Shown here: in pieces, positions 47,701 to 58,409 of the stretch | How positions within the stretch are numbered: the stretch's first letter is position 1 | Layout of the letters: the number at the start of each line of letters is the position of its first letter | DNA from: a virus | Taxonomy: Duplodnaviria > Caudoviricetes | DNA: 59,956 nucleotides | Strand: one strand, 5' to 3' | IMG/VR virus record: IMGVR_UViG_3300049141_000020 | Location: 1 to 59,956 of that record | Notes under the pieces: generated by a model | Seen by the model: only the letters and a program-made list of their open reading frames with translations | Told to the model about the DNA's origin: nothing | The model's database searches: none | Made by a program: the position numbers and the translations under genes

Positions 47701-50700
47701 AGCGGAATTCGCATGGGAGTCCTTTCGGGCATGAAAAAAGACCAGGAGCGAATTCCTGGCCTGAACGGTGAGTTGGGAGAGGGTCAGCTGTCGGTGTTCT
47801 CCGACTTCTCCAGCGAATCGATGATCGCGAGACCGAGCATGCCGACGTACCCGCCCGTCGCGTCGTGGTCCGGGGCGCCGGCTGCGATGAGGAGGAAGTC
47901 CGTCTTGATGGCTCCCCAGGGCTTCCCCTCGCGCCTCTCCGCGTAGACCTTCGGCGGGATCAGCCTCAGGGCTTCCTCGCGCAGCTGGAAGTCGTCCACC
48001 TCCGACAGAGCCCCGCGGGCAACCATGTCAGCCGTCCCCTTACGGGCGGCCTCCCGAGCCTCGTTCATGTCGTAGACGACGTGTGCCGCGCACTCTACGC
48101 ACGTCACGTCCTCCAGCTTCGAGTCGTAGAACGGCTTCGCCTCGATCACCGGCAGTCCGTCCCCGCACGGCGTGCGGTCCCCCGAGAAGGAAGCGTGCGT
48201 CTCGCCCGGCGTCTTCGTGCTCCAGCTGACCTGAAACTCGACCATGGTCAGAAACCCCTCTCGCTCTTGAATTCGTCCACGGATTCGCCGTAGTTCTCCT
48301 CGATCACGTCCTCAAGCGTGGCCTTCATGCCTGACGTGAGAACGGAAACGGTCGCGTTGACCAGGAGCGACAGCAACTCTTCCCACTCGTCGTCACACTC
48401 GATGTCCTGAAGGATCAGGTCCATGGCCGTACTCGCAGCCTCGGAAACCTGCGCCTCGGTGTAGGTCTTGGTCTCGCTCACTTCTTAACCTTCCTGCGGT
48501 AGAGGCGCTGCGAGGGGACCGTGTACTCGGCACCCTTGACGAACTGGAACGACTCCCCCGTGATCTTGACTCGGGAATGCATCTCGCCGAACTCGATCAC
48601 CTTGCACTTCACCTCGACCGACCACAGCGACGAGCCGTTGGCGTAGTCCTCGACCACGGCCGGGTCGCCCGGCTCCAGGTAGGCCGTGAAGTAGATGTCC
48701 GGGAGGTCGATGGTGGCCAGGCGCCACTTCTGCTCATAGGTGGCACTGCGGACGCACTCACGTCCCCAGACTCCGCGCCGGTTGTCGAAGGTGTGGCCCA
48801 CGAAGGTCCAGCCGGGAAAGCGTGGGTCAGTGGGTTCCCGCACCTCCTTGACCTTGAAGAAGGACGTGCCGAGGTAGAGCGTCGTCCCTTCCGTGACCAA
48901 GGCCGTCTCAAGCAGCTCGCTCATTGCGTCTCCCTTCACGGGCACTCGACCCATGCGTACTTGTGGAATTTGGCTTCCTGCCGGAAAGCACCGACGAGGA
49001 CGACGTAATCGCCTTCCTCGCGGTAGCAGCTGAGCGTGGTCGTGCCGTACCAGGACAGGACGATGGGCGTGCCACGCCAGAAGTTCGGGCCGATCAGGTG
49101 CTCTGCGCGACGCCAGTTCCAGCCGGGCGGCTTCGGGAAGTGGCTCGGTGTGAGGCGTGGCGGGTCGGGCTGGATGAACGGGAGCAAGGGCCGCTGGATC
49201 GGGGCGGGCATCTTGATCCACGCGGCGAAGTCGATGTTCCCGTCATCGTCGAAGGGCAGGTTCGCCGGGTCGTACGGCTCGACGAAGAACCTGTCCTTCT
49301 CCTTCCTGGGCCAGTAGGACGTCTCTGTCGTCAACGTCAGAACCCCCTCCCGGCGCGGTGCTGGAAGGTGCGGATGGCGCCGCGACGAGACAGCGTGCGG
49401 GAACCCGTCACGGAGCCGAATACGTAGTCACACACTCGGTACCTGCCGGGAATGCGGGGCTTCCCCCACCTGCGGATGGCCGGGCCGAGCGCGAGTCCGC
49501 GGGACGGGTGCTTGAAGAACTTGCGCATGGAATTCCTTCCACGAGTTACGGGCCTGTGAGGACACACAGACAGGGAGCTGCACCCCGACGCCGGCCGGGG
49601 TGCCTCGCCCAATCCAGGCGTGCTCAGACCAGCTCGGGAATGACGTGCTGGGCTGCAAGGGAGTCCAAGAGGACGCGAACCATGTCCTCATGCGTCTGTG
49701 GGATGCCGCCCGACCGCAGGTCGGTGCCTGCGTAGAACGGCTCGTCGTCGCGAAGCACGCGGTAGTACCACTCGTTCTCGGCGTACGCCCTACCGACCGT
49801 GCCGCCACCGGCCGCAGCGATCTCGACTTTCAGGCCGGGCCGGTCCTCGGGCTCGTAGACGAACTCGGCCTCGTAGTCCCACCGCAACGAGCACGCGCCG
49901 TAGTAGCCGCAGCCGGACCCGTCGCAGTGGCCTGTGAAGCAGTGGTTCGTGTGCGCCGGGTCGCACTCGGTGTCTTCGCAGGGCGAGCACTTGAAGTACT
50001 CGTCATCGAACGGGCCAAACGTGAGGTCACCGCAGCAGTCACACGCCCGCATGCCGTGTGGCACGTCCTTGCCGCTTCGCATCGCAGCCGCGCCGATCGC
50101 TGCCGCGCGCTGCTGATGCCAGGTCAGTTGCATGGTGAGCCTTTCTGTACGATGGGACGCGAAAGGCCCGGATACATCGACTATCCGGGCCTTCGCTCGT
50201 GGACGTGGGAATTACTTCAGGCCGAAAAACCTGTGAGGCATCACCGGACCGAAGGGGCAGCCCTCCATCTGCCACTCCACCCAGGCGAGCGGCTGACGCT
50301 TGAACAGGGCGTCAGAGATCACCTGCTCTGCCCACGACATACGACGCTCCAGCTTCACCAGCTGCTCGAAGTCGTCGCACAGCTCTTGCGTGGTCCTTCT
50401 GGCGAGGTGGCCGCGAACAGCCACCGCATCAGTCATCTGAGGCACATCGCCTCTTTCCATCCACCGGCATTGCTCGGACGCTTACCGGATTCCAACGCGC
50501 CCCGAAGGGCGCGAAGGGACCCTGAGAGAGTCAGATCAGGTCGAGGGGGGTGGACGACATGGGGCGGCTCATGTCCAGTCGGGGACTGGCGTAGCGGGAG
50601 CCGTATCCGTCCATCACGGGCGCAGCCACGATGGGCAGTTCGCGAACCTGAGGCCGACGCCGGCCGCGGGTGAAGACGTAGTTCCAGCCCTTACGGAAGT

Positions 50701-51029
50701 CCTGACGGTTGCGCCGGAAGTGGTCCAGCAGCACGACCAGAGCCTTACGGCGCATGTGGGGACGGACGTTGGCGAGAGAGCGGGTGCAGATGCGCATGCG
50801 AGGTCTCCTAGTAGAGGTAGGACATGTCGTCGGTGTTCACGACACGGAACTCACCCGTGATCGTGTTACGGCACAGGTAGTAGCGAGCCCTGTCGCCCTC
50901 CTTGTGCATGAAGGCCCGCAGCTTCCACACGCGCCCGGAGCTGTCGCCGCGCACGGCACACATGCGGCGCAGGTTGTTGAAGAGGTCGGCCGTGAACTTC
51001 ACTATGACTCCATTTCTTAACGGATTCAA
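44716..51029 (-). CDS. Run of ~16 small leftward hypothetical genes (44716-45210, 45283-45648, 45645-46061, 46058-46306, 46306-46821, 46902-47225, 47238-47714, 47784-48245, 48248-48481, 48478-48924, 48936-49334, 49337-49528, 49624-50133, 50212-50460, 50531-50797, 50808-51029)
   Basis: Co-oriented, many with RBS and overlapping start/stop codons; no recognisable families. Confidence 0.6.
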
Positions 51030-51043
51030 CCTTGAGGGCAGAG

Positions 51044-51802
51044 TTAGCCCTTGTACTTGGCGGCTTTGCGCAGCTGGCGGACCTCAGCACGGGCAGCCTC
51101 CGCCGCCTCCTGGTCCCCGCGTGCGAGCGCGTCACGCTCCCGCCCGATGGCGTCCATGAGGGCCTGCTTCGTCTGCTTACGGGTCTCCTGGTAGTCCTCC
51201 TGCACCCTGCGCAGGCGTGCGTGCTCCGCCTGTGCCTCGCGCATGGCCTTGGACTCCACTTCCATCGCGGCGAGCTGCCGCTTGGTCCACGTAGGGGCGT
51301 CCTTGCGCTCGATACCTCGCCCTTGGAGTTGCCTGGTCATGCCGTTGTCCGTACGGACGCGCGGCATTACCTGTCCGCTCTCGTCGCGCGCCATGCGCGG
51401 GTACGGCTGTCCCTCGGCCTGGAACTCCGGCATGAAAGGCAGGTTGTTGGCTGCCTCGCGCTTCGTCATGGATCGTGCGACGTCCAGCTTGGGACCGATC
51501 GCCCTGCGAGGGAGCGGCTTCACCAGCGGGTCAGTGTGACCCCGCATCGCGTTAGCCGCAACGCGGCTACCGGGCCGCGCGGTGACCGGGGCCGACGGAT
51601 ACGGCCGTGCCTCCTTAGGAGGCGCCTGGCGCACCTCTACACGCTTACCGTCGATGGTGGCGAACTTGCGCTTAGGCGCACCAGCAGCAGCGCTCTTACG
51701 CGCCTTACGGCCCTTGACCGGATCGGTCTTAGTGCTCCACTCGCCGCCCTTACCGGCAGCCATGCTTTCACGCGATCGCGTGTCAGGCTTGATTGCAGCC
51801 AT
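51044..51802 (-). CDS. Highly basic protein, first gene of the second leftward block
   Basis: AAAGGAG RBS; K/R/A-rich with a C-terminal coiled coil. Confidence 0.7.
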   Translation of the reverse strand: MAAIKPDTRSRESMAAGKGGEWSTKTDPVKGRKARKSAAAGAPKRKFATIDGKRVEVRQAPPKEARPYPSAPVTARPGSRVAANAMRGHTDPLVKPLPRRAIGPKLDVARSMTKREAANNLPFMPEFQAEGQPYPRMARDESGQVMPRVRTDNGMTRQLQGRGIERKDAPTWTKRQLAAMEVESKAMREAQAEHARLRRVQEDYQETRKQTKQALMDAIGRERDALARGDQEAAEAARAEVRQLRKAAKYKG

Positions 51803-52556
51803 GATGTCTCCTTTGTGTTACGGAGTACTGGGAGTGAGCGGCGACCGTTTGACCGGATCGCCGCCCTACAGTGATAACCCTCACTGCAAAGGGAAGTGCT
51901 GAATTAATTCCAGCAGCAGCGCGCCCTACCGTGCGCGCCGCATGCTGGGCACTGCGAGCCCCGCGCGTACACACCGCTTCATGTTGCGCAGTGCTTAAAC
52001 GGAGCGTGTATCTCGAATTGCTAGCGTGCTTCACTCCCCGGCCAGATAAGCCTTACGGCGTCGGCCCTACGTGTTCACAGAGGTATCCAGACGGTATTTC
52101 CACCCGTCCAGTGCTTCGGCCGCAATCCACACGACCTACACCCCTACACCCGTTCAGGATTAGAGAGATATGGCACGCTATCGAGTTGTCAACTACGCCA
52201 CCCGGCAGCGCGGGGGCGCAACAACGGCCGAACCGTTGCTAGGCACCGGTCACCTACACGCGAACCGCGCTGGAAACACGCGATCGGGCATAGGCCAAGC
52301 CTGGCTTACGTCCTTCCCCTATCAGGGGTTGGCATGGGGCGCACTTCCGAAAAGCGGCACCCCTACGTAGAAGGTCGTCACTCAGTAGAGGCATTGCACA
52401 GCCACCCCATGACCATGGGCGGGCCGCGCGCCTCGCGCGCTATCTGTATTCGCCTCCTTTTCTTCGACAATGGGGAACCACACCCTTTGGGGTTTCCCCC
52501 TTTGGGCATGCCCTAAGTCTATCCCTGTTAACGGATTCAACCTAACCCCAAAAGGG

Positions 52557-52658
52557 GACATAATGGGGCGACATTTGGGACATAGGGGAAGACATTGCCG
52601 ACTTATTGGACATTGGAAAGCCTCATTAGCGGACATATCCACCCGGCATTTCGGACAC
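52557..52658 (+). repeat. Roughly helically phased GACAT pentamer array
   Basis: GACAT at 52557, 52570, 52579, 52591, 52609, 52632; variants at 52600 and 52654. Confidence 0.65.
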
Positions 52659-53111
52659 CTTAGGGAGTCTACTTAGGTTGCCTCACTATATATTTAGAGT
52701 GCCTAACTGTCGGAATTAATTCGGTCGTGACCCCGCATTTATCAACTCGTTATCGATGAATGCAATTCATTCCTTTGCCCGCGCTTTACACAGGTGGGGG
52801 TAATACATTCATTCAATAAACGAGGACCCACCGGGGGTGCCTTCCTTCGATCGTGTACGGGTTTAAAGAATTACCCTCAGCCCCCTTCTATTTCCTCCGA
52901 ACCTCGTTCGAGCCCCTTTACAGGCCCGACAGGTGCCGGCCGGGCCCCTGTCAACCCCTCGCGCCGCGCTCTGGAAGGAAACAAACAACCCCCCAAAGCG
53001 TGAACTGGACCACACTTTGAGGGGTTTTCGTCCCAAAACGCCGGTATTGACACCGACGTCTATTTTGTAGGCGGTTGGGTATGCCTACCGCCAGGCGCTC
53101 ACTCTCTCAGG

Positions 53112-54620
53112 TCAGTCACTCCCCCGTTTGGGGAGCGGGGGAGCAAACCCCATGTCTCGCCATCTAGCCACTTCCTGATCAACATGCGCTTGAATAGCGA
53201 CCATCACAGGGTCGACCATTCCCCAGCGGCAGACTCCTGAGTGTTTCTCGAACAAAGTGCACATGTCATCATCGTTGGCGGCGAGACGGCCGCAGACCTT
53301 TGAGGCAAACACGTATTGGGTTTCATCGCCTTCCACCCAAGAGAAGAAGGCGTCCTTTCCTGGATCTGCCAACTCGTCGAGGAAAGCCCCGTGCATTTCG
53401 TGTCCGTCGGCCCCAAGTTCACACTGGAAGACTTGGAATGGCTCCACCTCGAACCCTTCAATACAACAGGGCAGGTTTTTCTCAGCCAAACGCAGCGTTT
53501 CGAGCTGGATTGTGCGCCTACTAGTGCACCGCATCCTCATGACTTCTCCGAAAAGCAGGGTACGAATGGGCCCCGGCCATCTCCCGCGGAGGGGGAAGGA
53601 GACGACCGGGGCCTTGGGGGGTGGTTTGGGGTGCCCGTGCCCGGGATTGGACCGGGGACAGCCGACGAGGCCGTTAATTTCTCGCGATACGGCTGTGCTT
53701 CACGGGCTCTCTGTCGGACACTCGCTGTCCCCCCTTGAGGATCGCCCAATCAAGGACACCGACAGAGGTACTTAACCCACCCTGCCGGGATCTCCGAAGA
53801 GACGGGGGAGCCTCTTTGCGGATTACGTCCGGCAGGGTGGGGCTAGCGGGCCACCAAGGCGGCTTTGTCAGCGGCTTCGAGGTCTTCTTCGACCATGGCC
53901 AGGAGCCGAGGAACACAGTCCCCGCAGCCGTACAGTTGACCTTCTCCACGGGGGATGCGAATTGGCCCCAGCCACTTAACGGGGATGGCCTCACGCCCAC
54001 ACCCGAGCATGCATCGACCCCAGTACCAGCCGCGCGGCAGTGAAACTACGTACGTCACGCCTTCACTCGCTCGACCTTCGCGGGCTCCAGCTCCGGAAGG
54101 ACAGGGGTAGGCGCCGGCACCTCCTCTCGGGGCTCCCACACCACGTAGGAAGCGACGGAGACGCGGAAGCGGGTGTGCCGAGTCTCTTTGACGTGCTCAA
54201 GCATCCACTCTTCGAGGGCAGCGGGGGTGAGGGTGCCGGACTCGGCCCCGCACTCCTTCTCTTCACCCCACACGCAGCGCGCCGAGCGCTCTTCCTCGGC
54301 CGTCTTGTCCTCTCGGCGGTCGTACAGCACGAACCTGATCAGGGAGCGACTCATGAGCGGGCGCCGATCACGTGGTTGCGGGCCTTATTACGTGCGCTCA
54401 GCGCCTCTTCCGGGGTCGCCTCGCGGATGTTCGTCGCCTCGACAGGCCATTCCCGGCCTCCGTCGACAGGTCGGACCCATGACACCCCGGCCCAACTTCC
54501 TCTGAACTCGGCGATCTTGTCGCTGTGGGTGTCTTTCACGATCGTTCCGACTGCGGGAAGGTACGGCCCCTCACTGGAGGAGGCCGCCCCGCTTCCCGTG
54601 CCAGCCGTGGACTCGGGCAT
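53112..54620 (-). CDS. Cluster of small Cys/His-containing hypothetical genes (53112-53540, 53537-53749, 53843-~54050, 54055-54354, 54351-54620)
   Basis: Overlapping stops and starts; divergent from the HTH regulator gene. Confidence 0.55.
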
Positions 54621-54777
54621 CTCATCACCTCATACCGCTGTGGTTGGGGGTTGGCTATCAGTCAACGGCGGCTGAAGCGTCCGGCCCAGGTGAAACAGAC
54701 GTCGATGCCCTCGCATGACCCCGGTGATTTTTACCTTTACCTGTGTCCCACTGGTCGCTCAGAGCTACCGTGGAGAC

Positions 54778-56019
54778 ATGCCTGAGGAGAACGAGAAGCT
54801 TGCAGCTCGGATGAAGGAACTCGGCTTCAGCCAGGCTGACTTAGCACGTCAGGTCAACACGGAAATCGAACGTCTGACGGGCAAGCTGGGCAAGGTCACT
54901 GACGCAGACGTACGTCGATGGCTGCGCGGCAAGACGAAGTGGCCACAGGATCGCATCAGGCTCGCCCTGGAACGGGTGCTCTCTGCCAGTGCCGAGGATC
55001 TAGGGTTCGTGCCCCGCAAGAAGGAGGCAGACCCTGTGCACCGTCGTACGCTCCTCAACGCAGCGACCTCTGCTCTGGCCCTCGGGTCCTCAGGCATCAG
55101 TGACCGTGGACGACTTGGCATCAGCGATGTCCGGCGTTTTCATCGGGACTACGTGTCCATTCTTCGTGCCGACGATGCGGGACGCGGCTCGAAGAGGGTG
55201 GAAAACCTTGCGGGGGAGCTGGCTTCCCGAATCGAGTCGGCGCTAGCAACATCGACGGCCTCAACGCGTGTACGTGACATGCTCCACCGGCTCGCCGCGG
55301 AAGCCATCAGCACCGCTGCCTTCGCTTCACTCGACGCCAGCGCACCACATCGGGCCCGCGCCCATCTCGACAGGGCTTTGACCTTCGCCGGCCTGTCTCG
55401 GGACAGTGAGGCAATGTTCCACGTCTGGAACCACATGTTCCTGACGTCCAGCATGCGGGAGAACCACCCTGAGGCCGTGGCGGGTGCGGAGGTGATGAAG
55501 CGCTCGTCGATCGCACGGCGAGATCCGCTGTACCTGTCTCTCGGCCACGTACGCAACGCCAACGGGCTAGCGCGCGTGCCGGCGCGACGGTCCGACGCTC
55601 TTCGGGCCCTCAAAGACGCCGAACGCGCCTTCGCGCGGGCCACCGAGCAACAGCGTCCCGAGTGGATGAGCTTCTACGACCGCAGCGAGTTTGACGCCCT
55701 GTCCTCGTTCATATGGACGGCACTGGGGGATCACGGAAGGGCCGAGTACTGCTTGCACCGCACCCTTGCGACCCTGCCAGAAGACAGGATCCGGAACCGC
55801 GCCCTGTACACCGCGCACCTGGCCCTGGCCCAGGCCAGGCAGGGAGATCTTGAACTCGCCAGCGCGACAGGGCGGCAGGCGTACATGATGCTGCCCTCAG
55901 AGTCCGGATCACGGCGTACGACGAACACTCTGGCAGCAACGCGCAAGGTGCTCGTAGCCTCGGGCTCGCAGGTCCCCGAAGTTGTCGAGTGGATTGAGGA
56001 GTCCGCCCAGTGGATCTGA
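54778..56019 (+). CDS. XRE-type HTH regulator with a helical (TPR-like) C-terminus
   Basis: LGFSQADLARQV...VRRWLRG, HRRTLL, PEWMSFYD. Confidence 0.8.
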   Translation: MPEENEKLAARMKELGFSQADLARQVNTEIERLTGKLGKVTDADVRRWLRGKTKWPQDRIRLALERVLSASAEDLGFVPRKKEADPVHRRTLLNAATSALALGSSGISDRGRLGISDVRRFHRDYVSILRADDAGRGSKRVENLAGELASRIESALATSTASTRVRDMLHRLAAEAISTAAFASLDASAPHRARAHLDRALTFAGLSRDSEAMFHVWNHMFLTSSMRENHPEAVAGAEVMKRSSIARRDPLYLSLGHVRNANGLARVPARRSDALRALKDAERAFARATEQQRPEWMSFYDRSEFDALSSFIWTALGDHGRAEYCLHRTLATLPEDRIRNRALYTAHLALAQARQGDLELASATGRQAYMMLPSESGSRRTTNTLAATRKVLVASGSQVPEVVEWIEESAQWI

Positions 56020-56513
56020 AGCGATACACGCACGCCGACGCGCGGGACGTGCGTTCTCTACTGCTGGACATCCACGACGAGGCCTACGCTGACGACCTGG
56101 ACCCCTTCCACTCTCGTGAGCGCTTCTCCCACTTCGTGGACCTCTGGTCGTCACGAGAAGACTGGCAGTGCGTCTCGGGCTGGGAGGAGGGCGGCCCGGT
56201 CGGATACGCCTACGGCTCGATGTTCAAGCCTGGCGGCTGGTGGAAGGGACACCGGCGCCCCTCCGACCTCAGGGGCTCTGTGTTCGCTCTGTCCGAGCTC
56301 ATGGTGATCCCCAAGTGGCGAGGCACCGGTCGGGCACAGCAGATCCATGACGCCCTACTCAAAGAGGTGTCGGCCGACATGGTGACGCTCCTGGTGGAGA
56401 CCGTTCGCCCCCGAGTTCAGGCACTGTACGAGCGTTGGGGCTACAGCAAGGTCGGCGAAGCAAAGCCCTCTGACGACTCTCCGCTGTATGCCGTCATGGT
56501 CCGGAAGCTGTAA
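56010..56513 (+). CDS. GNAT acetyltransferase
   Basis: ELMVIPKWRGTGRA, LYERWGY. Confidence 0.88.
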   Translation: MDLKRYTHADARDVRSLLLDIHDEAYADDLDPFHSRERFSHFVDLWSSREDWQCVSGWEEGGPVGYAYGSMFKPGGWWKGHRRPSDLRGSVFALSELMVIPKWRGTGRAQQIHDALLKEVSADMVTLLVETVRPRVQALYERWGYSKVGEAKPSDDSPLYAVMVRKL

Positions 56514-56580
56514 GCGACTGCCGGATGGAAGGAATTAATATCGGAGCCGTCGAAGGGACGCCCGCCGTGTCCCGGAGACC

Positions 56581-56617
56581 AGAGGACCCCCCGCACTTTC
56601 CCTGCGGGGGGTCCTCT
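56581..56617. terminator. Bidirectional terminator hairpin
   Basis: AGAGGACCCCCCGCA...TGCGGGGGGTCCTCT between convergent genes. Confidence 0.75.
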
Positions 56618-56631
56618 GCTTTTCCGGCCTA

Positions 56632-57423
56632 CTAGGCGGTCAGCGGCAGCATGGCCTCAGTCGACTCTTCAGAAGGCTTGTAGCGGTAGTACGTCGCCTG
56701 GGAGATCCCGAGAGACTTGCAGAGCTCGTCCACGGTGAACCGGCCCTTCTCAGCCTTCAGGGCCTCCCTGGCTCTGACGATCCGCGCCGCGAGGGCCTGA
56801 GGCTTCGGAGCGGTCATGGACTCCTCGACCGCTTCGGAGACCTTCTCAGCCTCTTCGACCAGTCCCTCAGCCTTCTGAGACAGGCTCTCAAGCTCCCTCA
56901 CCACTTGAGAGGCCCGAGAGGTGAGCGTGAGGGACTGAGAGGCCAGTGAGATAGTCAGCTCCTCCGAGAGGTAGTCGATCATCCCTCGAAGCTCCGCCTT
57001 CTCCTCACCAGCCGTCTTCACCTGAGAGGGAGTCTCAGCCATGTGGACGAGGTGGGCGATCACCAGAGGCGGGACGCAGGAGACAGCCACCACCAGGGCC
57101 GCGGAGGTTCCCATGTAGTTCTGCTCGATCAGGTGAGAAATCGACTGGGCAGACATAGCCAGCGCGAGAGCCATGACGGCCCCGATGAGAGCCGTCCTCT
57201 CACCGTGCAGCTGCATCTTGCGGCGGTACCAAGAGATGGCGCCAGCCGCGAGAGCGTAGACGGAGAGACAGACCGGCATGGCGGGCGCGTACTTCTCACT
57301 CCACCCAGCGGTGCGAGCCAAGGCGATCTCACCGGGGATGGACATATACAGCGCCGCCACGACAGCGGCCGGGATGGCGACGTACAGAACAGCCGCGATG
57401 TACCAGGGCACAGCTCTAGACAT
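56632..57423 (-). CDS. Four-TM protein (SpdB/DUF2637-like) with coiled coil and C-terminal HTH
   Basis: Four hydrophobic helices, GEIALARTAGW, VSCVPPL, LGISQATYYRY. Confidence 0.65.
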   Translation of the reverse strand: MSRAVPWYIAAVLYVAIPAAVVAALYMSIPGEIALARTAGWSEKYAPAMPVCLSVYALAAGAISWYRRKMQLHGERTALIGAVMALALAMSAQSISHLIEQNYMGTSAALVVAVSCVPPLVIAHLVHMAETPSQVKTAGEEKAELRGMIDYLSEELTISLASQSLTLTSRASQVVRELESLSQKAEGLVEEAEKVSEAVEESMTAPKPQALAARIVRAREALKAEKGRFTVDELCKSLGISQATYYRYKPSEESTEAMLPLTA

Positions 57424-57455
57424 GAGAGTCCTCTCTGATGTGCTCGGGGGTTGAC

Positions 57456-58340
57456 TTAGAGGCCGGCGCCGATGAAGGCGACGGCACGGTCCATCTCGGC
57501 CTTGCAGTTGCGGCAGACGCCGCCGCCCTGGTGGCCGAGAGGGAAGATCACTTCACAGCCCTCGCACCGAGCCCGCTTGACGGGCCGGGAGGGTTGCTGA
57601 GGGATGACGGATCTGACCGGGGTGAAGTGCTTCAGCCGGTGAGAGATCAGGCCCGGAACAGAGTCGATCTGCTCGGGCAAGGCATCGGTGAGGCATCGAA
57701 GGATCTCGTCGCTTCGGTAGTCCTCGCGTAGCCACGGCACCACCTTGGGGGCCAGGCGCGCGATCTCCTGGTCCGTGAGAGGCAGGCTCTTGTGCAGGCT
57801 CAGCCGCTCAAGGATGCGGCGGCCCTCGCGGGCCATCTCGCGGCCGATCTTGTGCAGGAAGGTGGACTCTCCCACCCCACCCTTCTCGGCGCCCTCAGGT
57901 GCGAGCGGAGCCGGGTCTTCAGCCTGGCTCGGGGGTGGGGTGGTGTCTTTCTTGCACTCTGTCTTTCTCCCTATGGGAGAGCCGCCGACGGCCCGACCAC
58001 TCGTTTCGCCGACCGTCGGGAACCGGTCAGTCGGAGAGGTCGCAGCGTCAGGGGTGTCCGTGACAGAGGTGAGGGTTACCCACTGCTTGGTCTCCGGGTC
58101 CTGCACCTTGGCACGCTTGACGTAGCCAGCCGCAATCAGCTCGTTCATGGCGTTGGAGACAGAGCGCCGGCCGTTGGAGACCTGAGTGGTGATCTTCTCG
58201 ACCGTCGCCCCGGTGCCGTCAGGCAGAGAGAGCAGACGCGTCAGGAGGCCCACAGCCTCAAGAGAGAGGCTGGCATGCCTCGCGATGGTGTTCGGGATCT
58301 GGACGAAGCCAGACCTCAGCTTGCTACGCTGCACGCGCAT
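57456..58340 (-). CDS. Winged-HTH replication-initiator-like protein with C-terminal CxxC...CxxC
   Basis: GFVQIPN.IAR..LSLEA.GLL..LLSLPDG...ELIAAGYV. Confidence 0.7.
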   Translation of the reverse strand: MRVQRSKLRSGFVQIPNTIARHASLSLEAVGLLTRLLSLPDGTGATVEKITTQVSNGRRSVSNAMNELIAAGYVKRAKVQDPETKQWVTLTSVTDTPDAATSPTDRFPTVGETSGRAVGGSPIGRKTECKKDTTPPPSQAEDPAPLAPEGAEKGGVGESTFLHKIGREMAREGRRILERLSLHKSLPLTDQEIARLAPKVVPWLREDYRSDEILRCLTDALPEQIDSVPGLISHRLKHFTPVRSVIPQQPSRPVKRARCEGCEVIFPLGHQGGGVCRNCKAEMDRAVAFIGAGL

Positions 58341-58409
58341 CGAAGACCCGCTCTTCGGTGTCGGACCCCGGAGTGTTCCCGCACTGCCGGGGTCAATTTT
58401 TGATGCCTA

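Noticed and set aside
50483-50496. Extra operator copy TACCGGATTCCAAC
   Set aside because: Three mismatches to the consensus; could be chance
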